Shown: one piece after another, positions 27,301 to 36,802 of the stretch
Layout of the letters: each line of letters starts with the position of its first letter
Position numbering within the stretch: position 1 is the first letter of the stretch
DNA from: a virus
Lineage: Duplodnaviria; Caudoviricetes
DNA: 60,541 bases
Reading direction: 5' to 3' (one strand)
Virus record (IMG/VR): IMGVR_UViG_3300012920_000041
Location: 1-60,541 of that record
Program-made: the position numbers and the translations under genes
The notes under the pieces: model-generated
What the model was told of the DNA's origin: nothing
Database searches by the model: none
Seen by the model: the letters and a program-made list of their open reading frames with translations, nothing else

Positions 27301-28755
27301 ATCAAATGCATCGTTACCAATTATATTTTGTGTTTGGCTACTTGACAATAAAACGGTAGATGATCTACCATATCTGTCTGATAATACTACACCTGCTTGA
27401 TAATTTCTATTTTGTTTAACTGTACTATTAGGATATTCTGTAATACCTGTATAACCTGTAGGATTATTTGAATTAGGTATTGCAAATGACGTTTTTTGAC
27501 TTACACCTACATTATAATTTAAACTAACTGGTGGTGTATGTTTATCTTGGAAATTACCATATACAACTCTATTAGAAATTATTTCTTGTGATAATGCTCT
27601 TACTGGTACTTTATCATAAACTCTTACTATTTCAGATTCAGGCAAAGTTTTATATGGTTTAGTTGCTTGATAAACAAATTCTATAACACCTGTTGTACCA
27701 AATGAAGACTGTTGTATAGTATCTAAAACTTGTACATTTTGCGCACCATCTTCTTTATATAAAATATCAATTTCTTTTATTTTAAAGTAAGAAAATAAAT
27801 TATTACCTGTTACAATATTGTTACTATTATCAAGAGGTAATGGAATTTGCAGCCTTATTTCATTAACTTTATTTTCCATAAAATTAACTACTGTACTTCT
27901 ATAAGCTTTATCTTCATCTCCACTTAAAAAATAACCATCTTGTTTTGGTATATAAGCTGCTTGAGTAAAGGGTGCAAACGCTGAATATTCATTATCATCA
28001 TACCTAAATCTGTAACTAAATCTTACAAATTTATCTTCTAAAAAATCAGGATCACCAGGGTAAGTAGAGCTATAAGGATTAGTACTTCCTTGAAAATAAG
28101 GATTTAGTGTAGAATTATCAGATAAATTAGGGCTTACTACATCATACATAGTAGTTTCATATCCCGTTAATCCAGTAGTTGTAGTTTGTTTATATAGATT
28201 TATAGGTTGAAATGGAGTATATTTAGCAACAGATATTTGATCTTCATTAGTGTAATAATTAATATTATCAGCAGCTAATCTTACATTTATTTTTCTTGGT
28301 TGATTTCTATTATCTGTAAAAAACAGTAAATCTTCAATTAAGTTAACCCCAGTTATTAAATTTGTAGTTGAAAAATTTAGCCAAGAGCCATTTACCAAAG
28401 CTGTTGCAGATGAATTTGCTACATTAAAAGCATATATATAATTATTAGCTGTACTACTGTAAGTTATATTAGTTAAATAATTTGCATCTGTATAATCAGT
28501 TAAAAATATATATATAGTGTCCGTATTAGTATTAGTAAATTGACCTATTACTTGTAAATTAGAAGTTATAGCTAATGAATTAAAATCAGCTAATTTAATA
28601 TTACCCAATACGTTTTCTAAAGCGCCAACATCTGCGCTTTCAGATTTACTAACTTGAATATTATTACCTTCTCTATATTCCCCCTGCGGTATTAATCTCG
28701 CATCAAGGTCAAGGTTCATTTTTGACTTTATAAAAGCATTTTTAACCTCAGGCAT
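24313..28755 (-). CDS. Large tail structural protein (nozzle/hub-like N-terminus, Ig/cadherin-like inserts)
   Basis: MNLDLDARLIP.GEYR..., LFFTDNRNQPRKIN, RFSYRFRY; 1480 aa in the tail module. Confidence 0.6.
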   Translation of the reverse strand: MPEVKNAFIKSKMNLDLDARLIPQGEYREGNNIQVSKSESADVGALENVLGNIKLADFNSLAITSNLQVIGQFTNTNTDTIYIFLTDYTDANYLTNITYSSTANNYIYAFNVANSSATALVNGSWLNFSTTNLITGVNLIEDLLFFTDNRNQPRKINVRLAADNINYYTNEDQISVAKYTPFQPINLYKQTTTTGLTGYETTMYDVVSPNLSDNSTLNPYFQGSTNPYSSTYPGDPDFLEDKFVRFSYRFRYDDNEYSAFAPFTQAAYIPKQDGYFLSGDEDKAYRSTVVNFMENKVNEIRLQIPLPLDNSNNIVTGNNLFSYFKIKEIDILYKEDGAQNVQVLDTIQQSSFGTTGVIEFVYQATKPYKTLPESEIVRVYDKVPVRALSQEIISNRVVYGNFQDKHTPPVSLNYNVGVSQKTSFAIPNSNNPTGYTGITEYPNSTVKQNRNYQAGVVLSDRYGRSSTVLLSSSQTQNIIGNDAFDAATVYHNYRTTDEATSLPISTLKGDSIKLLFNDQISSAKSLSSGAPGLYNGNTGSSDYNPLGWYSFKIVIKQTEQEYYNVYSPGIMDGPPNTVTNLDDVAGQVGFVTLFSDNINKIPRDLSLVGPDQKQFRSSEDEFSEGNETLMVSRSSVELFGRVTPENSATPTYNIPFYPNTSTFTSLDNNVTTIGTISDMFGITASAATDLYNSNSDPLIAKFVQIASNPMGSLTSSSSSYAFQLGVFETAPVESLLNVYYETTTTGLISELNTAITSGNQGLATGLFNYSFSLNEGMALSTTVVNQFAVQSTASAANNDSPVQVSNLTIVNIRNGNNEIIQEGDSGPYFNLIKSTNNGQPLDKNNPATYDNYTLTTARLFYYGLNSNVIDQYEFTYDNDGATLTSTGALQNVAPIISPKPSSITTQVGQTSINANNSLFSSVNGSADTQTLVGEDTPVNKKDLEYSITSQPTSNEFSIDSVTGEITVSGTPAGINTLTIQVKDAGELTDSFTTDVIFGNAAVNAGWGRGANIAQESLLAAGGSSLAIYWTSDATNAVDTGANVNPILDRTMNAYALSNGNNLVLNSTLPTSGNYIETKTISKTAGGISYDYANSNYNAIGSATQTVTQADGGLTRGTGYVLFDVTIDNDAIEEYTYNNANTEELQVMFPVTLQYRPAGAAPNAWEIAKDIEGQEIRFGATFGNNYSDYNVYPINSNQALSYEGRLRKNNLASNFSSNYVNDPSTTNNISSADCVQLNVNTIYQSNQEYLATQGKKLFCVGGAATKDSNKIYTDEVDRFGDYRFIIRYPWGRGNQGFNQVPIVPGWPNSVKQGGQLPNSNYANSSFFSYNIDWGDMYYPYTRTNPSITSYAYQVTTTGSNNAKDASQLAISGGKQTVWAREPFLKYVTQFYTDAALTTTWTPPSWSVSTAWRGYNILTGSDLYPQYDGNQVANVSKSGTNILQQNYGNTLLELQPYRIWSAYFDASGLKQKATAVPSQAMP

Positions 28756-28759
28756 TTAT

Positions 28760-29986
28760 TTAAGTTTTAATCCATTTAGATTTATTACGCATTACTTGTA
28801 CTATTTCTTCTAATTTAATGTTAGATAATCTAATTTTAGCATTCCTTAATTTAGCACTTTTTTCATCCCTATATCTTTTTACGATATATTCAGGCGTATT
28901 TTTTTTGCTTGCTAAAACAGCATGGTTAACATAAGAATAAATCGCATCCTCCGCTAATTTAGGTACTTTAGAGTCAGCATCATATGCGAGGCCGTCTGAT
29001 ATATATTCAAATATTATTAGCTTATCGCGTAAATTACTAGAAAAAGATACTTTACCTTCTCTATAATTCATTGTAAACCAACCGTTTTTTTGCGTAGTTT
29101 CTGGTTCTAATCCATATCGCTCTCCCCAAAACCCTTCATAACCGTATCCATAAAATGCTCCGGGATATACTCCTGAATTAATATTGTTAACATCTATATT
29201 TCCAGTTAATAAACGATCATTAGCTTTAGCCCATCTTTCTTCAGTTATAGAAGTGGTATTTAACCCATCTTCAAAGTTATCTTGTATTGGTATTGATTGC
29301 CAATCTTGAGGCAATAAACTATATGGATTAGAAGTTAATGTAGTAGGATATATTATATGTTTTACGCCTAATGCATCTACCCATGAAAATTTTACATAAT
29401 TCACATAATCCTGAGGTAATGGCAAAGTTAAATTATCAGGTATTGTAGCTTCTTGTGAATGTATACTTTGTAATGTATCATAACTAAATTCTTGCAATGC
29501 ACGCTTTACATGAAATATTATATCGGTGCGCTTAACTTTTTCAATAAGCTTTCCCGCTCCTACATATGCTATTAAAAAATTAGTTACTAAATCAGAAACT
29601 TTTATATAACCATAGCCACCATAGTTTTCTTCTACAACATTACCATAAGCATCTTGGTTACCATAATAACCACCTGTTAATATTTTTAATTGTACTACAA
29701 TAACGGTGTATTGAGCAGGTGTTGCGGTTATAGTTATAACATTATCTACAACAGTATATGGATTAGTATATTCAGTAAAAGTTCCTGGCATACCGTCTGC
29801 ACTTGTATACAGCTTAAAATTATTATTAGCATATTCTACAGAGTTAGGATCATAATTACCTAAAAATAGATCAGTATTAAATGTTGCAGTATACGTATTT
29901 GTAGTACCATCTGCAACAAAACTTTGTACACCTGCATAATATTGCGAATTAGTTTCCTGGATTAATCCACCATCTGGGCTTGCCAT
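28760..29986 (-). CDS. Tail ring/adaptor-type structural protein
   Basis: LPQDYVNYVK motif; position after the capsid genes. Confidence 0.55.
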   Translation of the reverse strand: MASPDGGLIQETNSQYYAGVQSFVADGTTNTYTATFNTDLFLGNYDPNSVEYANNNFKLYTSADGMPGTFTEYTNPYTVVDNVITITATPAQYTVIVVQLKILTGGYYGNQDAYGNVVEENYGGYGYIKVSDLVTNFLIAYVGAGKLIEKVKRTDIIFHVKRALQEFSYDTLQSIHSQEATIPDNLTLPLPQDYVNYVKFSWVDALGVKHIIYPTTLTSNPYSLLPQDWQSIPIQDNFEDGLNTTSITEERWAKANDRLLTGNIDVNNINSGVYPGAFYGYGYEGFWGERYGLEPETTQKNGWFTMNYREGKVSFSSNLRDKLIIFEYISDGLAYDADSKVPKLAEDAIYSYVNHAVLASKKNTPEYIVKRYRDEKSAKLRNAKIRLSNIKLEEIVQVMRNKSKWIKT

Positions 29987-29989
29987 ATT

Positions 29990-30745
29990 CTATTGTTTTT
30001 TATTTATTTCGTCCATTTGTACTTGTTGTGCAGCTGCTTGAACTATTTGAGGATCTTTAATTATTATACCTGAATAAACTAAAATTTTAAGTATAACTTC
30101 TGTTTGTTCACTAATATCAAGTTCAAAGTCTTGTGAACCTGTTTGTGTCGCCGCATTATATAAAGCTGAGTTATATACATATTGCCCAACAGAACCTACA
30201 GTAAAACCCCATACAACGTCAACTGGCTTACGCACGTATTCTACTTGTATATCACTTTGTATACTAGTAGGTCTTACAAATAAATAATTATTCTCAAATA
30301 AATATGTTGGAAATGTTTTAGTGGCTTTAGTTAATTTAGACTTTTCTGAAGTATAAAAGTCATTACGTTGAAGTCTTTGCACAAGTACCTCATTTTTATA
30401 GGTTACCTCTCCTATTCTATATAGTGTAACCGCTTTACCATATGCATCAGTAGTTGGTAAAGTAAAATATTTTTCAGGAGTAACAGCATTATTATTATAA
30501 ACTGCATTCCCAAATGTTTTAAATACAGCTATTTTTTCATCTATATTTTCTACCCGATCCGCATAATTAGTATCAGTTTGCGGAACTCGTATTTGTTGAT
30601 TTAAGTCTTCAAAATATTTTTCAAATATTTCTAATTGAACCTGTGTTGCAACATTATTAAATTCATCAGGAGTCATATAACCCCTTTGTTCTTTGTTTAA
30701 TATTGTCAACACTGTTTGATATACAGTGTTTACATTTATAGCCAT
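29990..30745 (-). CDS. Tail ring/head-tail connector-type structural protein
   Basis: NKEQRGYMTPDEFN...YVRKP; position after the capsid genes. Confidence 0.55.
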   Translation of the reverse strand: MAINVNTVYQTVLTILNKEQRGYMTPDEFNNVATQVQLEIFEKYFEDLNQQIRVPQTDTNYADRVENIDEKIAVFKTFGNAVYNNNAVTPEKYFTLPTTDAYGKAVTLYRIGEVTYKNEVLVQRLQRNDFYTSEKSKLTKATKTFPTYLFENNYLFVRPTSIQSDIQVEYVRKPVDVVWGFTVGSVGQYVYNSALYNAATQTGSQDFELDISEQTEVILKILVYSGIIIKDPQIVQAAAQQVQMDEINKKQ

Positions 30746-30765
30746 ATTGATTATTTATAATATAA

Positions 30766-30792
30766 TAGCTGGCCGAATACACGGCCTAGCTA
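30766..30792 (-). other. Intergenic hairpin
   Basis: TAGCTGGCCG...CGGCCTAGCTA imperfect inverted repeat. Confidence 0.5.
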
Positions 30793-30808
30793 CTATATAT
30801 ATTACATG

Positions 30809-31609
30809 TTATCCTAATTTTTTTTGTATAGTTTTATACAAATCAACGCCTTCATCAGTTTTAAAATACGCGGCCATAGCTGAATAAGGATTTTCATCAA
30901 ATGGTACATTCATTATTTTACGACCTGTTTTAGCTATGCTAAATGATCTTTGGTCTTGCGATAATTTAATAATACCCATTTCTTCAGCAACAATTGCAAC
31001 ATTTCTTAATTCTACATTTTCATCGTTAGCCAATTCTAAAAATAATTCAGGATTATTTTGCGCATATATTAAAACATCTCTTCTAAGTTCTTTAGAACTC
31101 ATTTTAGTAACTTGAGAACCTAAATCTACTCGTAATATTGCTTCAGCTAGCGATATATCAATTTCTTTAGCAGCATTTAAGGCTTCTATTCTTACCTCCA
31201 TAATGTCTAAATCATCATTAGCTTCAATAACAGGATCAAATTCTTTATATTTTGTATCTTTTAAAGGATGATATATAGAAAGTAATTTTTGTAAATTTTG
31301 CTGTTGTTTTGGTACAGTAAGAATACCATTTCTAAATATGATATGTCCTAATGTAGCTTCTCCTTTTTGTTCATCTATAAATGGCGATGTTTGATTAGTA
31401 GCATACCTTAATTCCCTTTGTTGATTTGAATTTTCATCAAACCACAATAAAGGATATTTATATGTGTGTCTAGAAGCTATTGTATATGTTAAAGGACTAT
31501 GCTCTCCTAATAATAAATACGTACGATCTTTAACTTCCCAACTATTTTTTTTAGTAATAGGTTGAGCCACAGGCTTAGCTGCAGCTTTCTTTTTTGTTGT
31601 TTTTTCCAT
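30809..31609 (-). CDS. Conserved-looking phage protein downstream of the capsid gene
   Basis: 266-aa ORF; no motif assigned. Confidence 0.7.
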   Translation of the reverse strand: MEKTTKKKAAAKPVAQPITKKNSWEVKDRTYLLLGEHSPLTYTIASRHTYKYPLLWFDENSNQQRELRYATNQTSPFIDEQKGEATLGHIIFRNGILTVPKQQQNLQKLLSIYHPLKDTKYKEFDPVIEANDDLDIMEVRIEALNAAKEIDISLAEAILRVDLGSQVTKMSSKELRRDVLIYAQNNPELFLELANDENVELRNVAIVAEEMGIIKLSQDQRSFSIAKTGRKIMNVPFDENPYSAMAAYFKTDEGVDLYKTIQKKLG

Positions 31610-31631
31610 GATAAAATAAAATTAAATAAAT

Positions 31632-31672
31632 AAAAAAGACAATAGAGGGCAGCATAAACTACCCTCTTTGCC
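31632..31672 (-). terminator. Rho-independent terminator after the major capsid gene
   Basis: Minus strand CAAAGAGGGTAG-loop-CTGCCCTCTATTG followed by a T-run. Confidence 0.8.
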
Positions 31673-31681
31673 TAATAAATA

Positions 31682-33145
31682 TTATGAAGATGTAAATAAT
31701 ACAAAATTATTTGCAGCTTGCACACACAAACATCTTTCTGATAGGAAATGTACTACCATCGAGTCAACGTCTGTAGTGAAAGCGCCACCAGCAGAACCAG
31801 TGATCCATGATTTCATACGTCTGTCTTCTGTTTGTGAAGCTCTATATCTTACGTGTAAGAAAGGACGTCTGATATTAGAACCTAATATTTGGTCATATAC
31901 AGTTGAAGTACCAGCTGGAATTAATACTCCATCAATACCTGAAACTGCAACACCACCTCTTGTAGAAGCGTCATTTAAATATTTCCAGTCTGTTTTATAA
32001 AAATCATAAGAACCTCTTCTAAATCCTGAAAAACCAAGATTTAATGCCATTTCTTCTGAATTTTCAAATAAACCAAACGCTGTACCACCTTGCATACCAG
32101 TTGAAATACTAGCAAGCATGTCATCAATATCCAATGATGTATTTCTATTTAGGAAAAGCATATTTTCTTCAATAGCTCCTTGTGTATCTAAGTTTTTAAG
32201 AATACTATCAAATTCGCCTAATCCGGCTGCTGCACTAAAATTATTTAGTACGTTACCTCTTGAATTAATTGCAGCAAATAAACCTTCAGTTCCGCCAATA
32301 ACTGGAGCTAAACCAGCAACACCAGAACCTGCAGCGGCTTTTTCACCTTCTACTACAGCCATTTCTAAATAATCTTCAAATCTTAATCTTGTTTCAGATT
32401 CAGCTTTTAAATACCAAAGATAACCTGATGTACCATCCTCTGTTGCTACTTCAATCCATCCAATTTGAGCCATATCTGAACCGTTAATTTCATAACGATC
32501 TTTAATAATAATTGGCCTATTGTTAAATTGAGTTAGTATAGGAGTAATACTTTTAATATCTGTATCACCAGTACCTTTTCTATATTCTGAACCATAAACA
32601 AATATTTTAAGACCTGCTAATACATTACCTGCAGAACCTAAAGTTGTAGATAAATTTGCTCCAGTATATGTAGCAACTGTAATTGTAGCAGTCGCACTAC
32701 CTGCAGCTACTGTACCAGCGCTACCAGTTACCAAAGCTTTTACCTCTGCACCTGTAGCAGGATTCATTACTACTAATGTATCATTTACAGAAATGTTATT
32801 ATCAACAAAATCTGGCCCTAAAGTAGCATTTAATGTAAAAGTTAAGTCAACATTGTTTGCAGCTTTGCTTACGTCATTATAAGCTACATGCAACCTATTT
32901 TGTTCTGACCAAATAACTTGATCAGAAGTCATAGGCATTTCAGCTCCTACCATACGTAAGAAACCTGAAAGAGTTCTATTACCGTATCTTTCTACTTCTT
33001 GTTCGTAGATTTCAGGTAAATATTGTTGTGCAAAATCAGCAAAATCAGCTCCGGCAGAATCCGTAAACTGAATATAGTTAGTAGACAAAATTTGCTGTTT
33101 GGCACTTGGTTTAATTGCCCCAAATTGGGGAGTAACATTTGCCAT
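31682..33145 (-). CDS. Major capsid protein
   Basis: 487 aa; order terminase-portal-scaffold-capsid; strong terminator downstream. Confidence 0.8.
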   Translation of the reverse strand: MANVTPQFGAIKPSAKQQILSTNYIQFTDSAGADFADFAQQYLPEIYEQEVERYGNRTLSGFLRMVGAEMPMTSDQVIWSEQNRLHVAYNDVSKAANNVDLTFTLNATLGPDFVDNNISVNDTLVVMNPATGAEVKALVTGSAGTVAAGSATATITVATYTGANLSTTLGSAGNVLAGLKIFVYGSEYRKGTGDTDIKSITPILTQFNNRPIIIKDRYEINGSDMAQIGWIEVATEDGTSGYLWYLKAESETRLRFEDYLEMAVVEGEKAAAGSGVAGLAPVIGGTEGLFAAINSRGNVLNNFSAAAGLGEFDSILKNLDTQGAIEENMLFLNRNTSLDIDDMLASISTGMQGGTAFGLFENSEEMALNLGFSGFRRGSYDFYKTDWKYLNDASTRGGVAVSGIDGVLIPAGTSTVYDQILGSNIRRPFLHVRYRASQTEDRRMKSWITGSAGGAFTTDVDSMVVHFLSERCLCVQAANNFVLFTSS

Positions 33146-33150
33146 TTTTT

Positions 33151-34356
33151 TTAATTTTTAAATTTACGTGTTTTAATTTTAAGTTTTGAAGAGTCAAGCC
33201 CACTAATCGCTTTTACTTTTAAACCATTTACAAATACTTCACCTGAAGCAGTTGGCCTAGGCTCGGTAGTAATGTTTTTTGATTTAGCTAATTGCTCTTT
33301 TATTGCATCAGTTTTACCTTGCTCATAAAAATGACTAGCAATAGTATCAGCATTTCTAGCAGTATAAACAGCTTTATGATAGCCGGCTGGATCTGTCATT
33401 TTACCTTCTTTGTTTAGAAACGTTCCAACAAAATCTGACAAATCTTTTTGTGCTTCAGCTACATTATTAGGATCTTTAATACCGTACCTAAATTTTTTAT
33501 CGCCAACTTTAAAATCAAAACCTTTGAATTCATTTGCAAAAAAATTATTAGTACTATTTATAAATCCATTTCTTACAGCTTCTTTATTTTGCTCTTCTTG
33601 TTTATATCGGTTAAAAAAGTCAAGTGCTTTTTGTTGCTCACTATTTACTGAAGGCTTCAACTTGATTTCTTCATAATATTTTTCTTTAGTTTGCTCCAAA
33701 AAGTTTTTTGCTTTTGCAACTTCTTCTTTATATGCTATTTGTTTTTTTCTAATATCTTTTGGCTCTTCTTCTTCTTTATCATAATTAAATTCTTCCAATA
33801 AAATATTTACGTCATCAACGTTTAAATGCGGTTTTGTTTGTTTATAATATTCTCTTATTAAAGTATTATTATCTACATTACTATAATCAGCATTTAATCT
33901 AGCATAATCTTGTATAGAACCCCCTGTTTCCTCCATAAACTTTAAAAGCTTTTCTATGTTTTCAGGTAATTCTTGCGTTTTATTTTCTTGTAATATTTCT
34001 TTTTGTCCCAATGGGGAAGAGGTATCCTCATTGCTTGGTTCCACTCGTGCCACCTCAGTATTATCTTTTTCATCCTCTACTAATTCAATCGGAGATTCTA
34101 CTTTTACTTCTGGAGCATCGTTATTATTTTCTCCGGTAGATTCTTTAATTGGCTTTTCGTTGTTTTGCTCTTGAACTCCTTCGCTAGTTTTGGGTTCGTC
34201 GCGTACAGATATCTCATCTGTGCTTTGCTCCTGAATGGCATTGTTTTCTTCTTTTTTTGTTAAATCTACTTTAGTTACTTTTTTTTCAGCAACTAATTTT
34301 TTTGGGGTTTTCTTTTTTATTTTAAAAGAACCCTCTTGTTTTACTTCTGTTGACAT
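33151..34356 (-). CDS. Putative capsid scaffolding protein
   Basis: Acidic disordered N-terminus and helical remainder, between portal and capsid genes. Confidence 0.65.
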   Translation of the reverse strand: MSTEVKQEGSFKIKKKTPKKLVAEKKVTKVDLTKKEENNAIQEQSTDEISVRDEPKTSEGVQEQNNEKPIKESTGENNNDAPEVKVESPIELVEDEKDNTEVARVEPSNEDTSSPLGQKEILQENKTQELPENIEKLLKFMEETGGSIQDYARLNADYSNVDNNTLIREYYKQTKPHLNVDDVNILLEEFNYDKEEEEPKDIRKKQIAYKEEVAKAKNFLEQTKEKYYEEIKLKPSVNSEQQKALDFFNRYKQEEQNKEAVRNGFINSTNNFFANEFKGFDFKVGDKKFRYGIKDPNNVAEAQKDLSDFVGTFLNKEGKMTDPAGYHKAVYTARNADTIASHFYEQGKTDAIKEQLAKSKNITTEPRPTASGEVFVNGLKVKAISGLDSSKLKIKTRKFKN

Positions 34357-34383
34357 AATAAAATAATATTAAATAATTAAAAT

Positions 34384-36798
34384 TTATCTTGGTTCAAATT
34401 GCTCTAAACCGAATCCTTCAAGATTATCAAATCCTGCGGATTCAAAATTTTTTGGTAATAAATCATTTTTTCTTTGATCTATTAATTCAGACTGTTGAGT
34501 ACCTTGTATTCTTACACGCTCATCTTTTCGGTCCTCTATTTCTTTTTCTTTTGCTAATTCAGTTTGAGAGCGAGCATTAGCTAATTGAATATTATATTGA
34601 AATTCCTGCGCCATTAATTCTTTTTTAAGTAACGCTTCTTGTTCCATTCTATTAATTTCAAAATCAGATTTAGCTTTTTCTATTTGTACTTTAGTATCAG
34701 CTAGTGCTTGTTGTTTTTGTACTTCTGCAAGAGCAGCGGATTCAGCAGCCTTAGCATTAGCTTCTGCTTGAGCTTTAATATTTGCTTGTTTTATTTGCTG
34801 ATCTCGTTTTAATTTTTGTTTTCTTTTTAGTTTTAATAATTGATTTGCTAACTTAATATTATTTATTTCTCTAATATCAATTGCATCTTCTAAATCAATT
34901 CCTCCAGCTTTTAATGCTATTTGTATATTTTGTTCAAGTTTATTTTTTTCTTCTGCATCTGGTTCTAATTCTAAAAAAATACCAAAATCGTGCAGTCCAA
35001 CTTGCTCAAGCTCTTCTATGGTTTTTACATTAAAAGTATTAATACTATTAAGTAAAGCATCTTTAGTTAATGGGAAATTTAATGCATCATTTACTCTTAA
35101 ACTTATATTTTCTGCAGTTCTAATAGTTATGTACATTAATGCTTTTAAAACATGTCTTGTTGCTGTATTAGAATTTGCCGCTGCTAATTTTTGTAATCCG
35201 ACTAAAGCATTTTTATCAGGTGTACTGCCATCAACGGCTTCATTTAATCCAGTAGTATCTCTGATCATTTGTAAATAATACTGATAAGTTTGAATCAAAG
35301 ATTGTACTTTAGCTATTCCACTAGATGATTGCAATTCTTGAATTGGCACTTTACCTCTATTAATTTCCCCGTCTTGTGTTAAAGATCTGCCTACTATACT
35401 ACCCGTCTGAAAGTACATATTTAATGCTTCAGCAGGATTATAATTTGTTCCGTTGCCTAGATCAACCTCAGCTAGCCCGTCCATGTCTAAATATACTCCA
35501 TCAGGAACAACGCGAGCTAAAACTTGTTGTAGTTTTAAATGAGTTAATTGAATCATATCTGCAAAACTAGTTATTCTTCCAACCAATGAATCAATTCTTC
35601 CTTTATAAATTCGAGGAGCACAAATACTATAATTCATATTAACTTTAGTAACATCCCCATAGGGTCGTGTCATATTTTCAGATAATTGCCATTTTATAAC
35701 TTTGCTCATACCTAAAACTTTTGCACCTGTATATAGTACTTCAATACTCCTCGCTACTTTATTAAAATTATCATTTTTAGGAGGATTAAAAGTATCGTCT
35801 TTTTCTATTGTTTTTTCTAATCCTTGATCTGTTTTTTTAATTTTAAAAACTTGATTAGTATAAGTTTTATATTCAAAAAATAATATTGGAATTAAATTAT
35901 AATCATCTTGTCCTCCATAATTTCTAACATAATTACTATAGCTTGCAGGGCCTTTATATTTTTGAATTTCTTTTAACTCTGTTTCTGTTAATTCTGGAAA
36001 TAATCTTTTAACTTCTGATATAGTTAAGTTTTTTACTTCTCCTACATAATATATGTCATTAAAGTTAGGATCTTCAGTATATGAATAAACCATTGAAGCA
36101 GGATCAACATAATCAACAGTAATTCCTTCTGATAAATTAAAATTTGTCTTTGATGCTGCAATACCTAATACTGCTAAATCATAAGCTAACCTTCTTTTTG
36201 TTTCATCATATTTATTATAATCAAAAACATTATTAATTAGTTCTTCTTCAGCTACTTCAACACTTTGCTTATAATTTAATTGTGTATAAAGATCTAATTC
36301 TTCTTCATTTTCTGGTAAATCGTTAACATTTGCGCTAGCATATAAATTAGTTTGCATTATTTGATTTAACTGCTCAATAATATCTTTATTGCGCATATCT
36401 CTAATAGCATTAAATACAAAATCAGTACGTTGTTTTAAAGCAAAAGGATCTGTTGCAAAAGATTTAATTTCATAACCTTTGTCGGTCATTCCATTAACTA
36501 TTATATCTACAAATTTTGGTAAAATTGGAACAATTTTCCAATCTAAATTTAAATATGATAAATCACCATTTATAGATAATTCATCTTTATATTTTTGAAT
36601 TGGCTGCTCACCTCTTGCATATAAACGTAATCTATGAAAATTTTGAAAGTTTTGCAAATATCTATCACCACTATAATCTTGATTAAACCATTCGTTTTCA
36701 ATAGCTTGCGCAACTTGTAGCCCATATTCATAACTGTTCTTTACTGCGTCTGGTACTACCTGATCTGGAAAGGAACTGTTATAATTTGTATAAATCAT
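34384..36798 (-). CDS. Portal protein
   Basis: 804 aa directly after terminase; long C-terminal Q/A/E/K coiled coil typical of podovirus portals. Confidence 0.8.
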   Translation of the reverse strand: MIYTNYNSSFPDQVVPDAVKNSYEYGLQVAQAIENEWFNQDYSGDRYLQNFQNFHRLRLYARGEQPIQKYKDELSINGDLSYLNLDWKIVPILPKFVDIIVNGMTDKGYEIKSFATDPFALKQRTDFVFNAIRDMRNKDIIEQLNQIMQTNLYASANVNDLPENEEELDLYTQLNYKQSVEVAEEELINNVFDYNKYDETKRRLAYDLAVLGIAASKTNFNLSEGITVDYVDPASMVYSYTEDPNFNDIYYVGEVKNLTISEVKRLFPELTETELKEIQKYKGPASYSNYVRNYGGQDDYNLIPILFFEYKTYTNQVFKIKKTDQGLEKTIEKDDTFNPPKNDNFNKVARSIEVLYTGAKVLGMSKVIKWQLSENMTRPYGDVTKVNMNYSICAPRIYKGRIDSLVGRITSFADMIQLTHLKLQQVLARVVPDGVYLDMDGLAEVDLGNGTNYNPAEALNMYFQTGSIVGRSLTQDGEINRGKVPIQELQSSSGIAKVQSLIQTYQYYLQMIRDTTGLNEAVDGSTPDKNALVGLQKLAAANSNTATRHVLKALMYITIRTAENISLRVNDALNFPLTKDALLNSINTFNVKTIEELEQVGLHDFGIFLELEPDAEEKNKLEQNIQIALKAGGIDLEDAIDIREINNIKLANQLLKLKRKQKLKRDQQIKQANIKAQAEANAKAAESAALAEVQKQQALADTKVQIEKAKSDFEINRMEQEALLKKELMAQEFQYNIQLANARSQTELAKEKEIEDRKDERVRIQGTQQSELIDQRKNDLLPKNFESAGFDNLEGFGLEQFEPR

Positions 36799-36802
36799 TT
36801 AC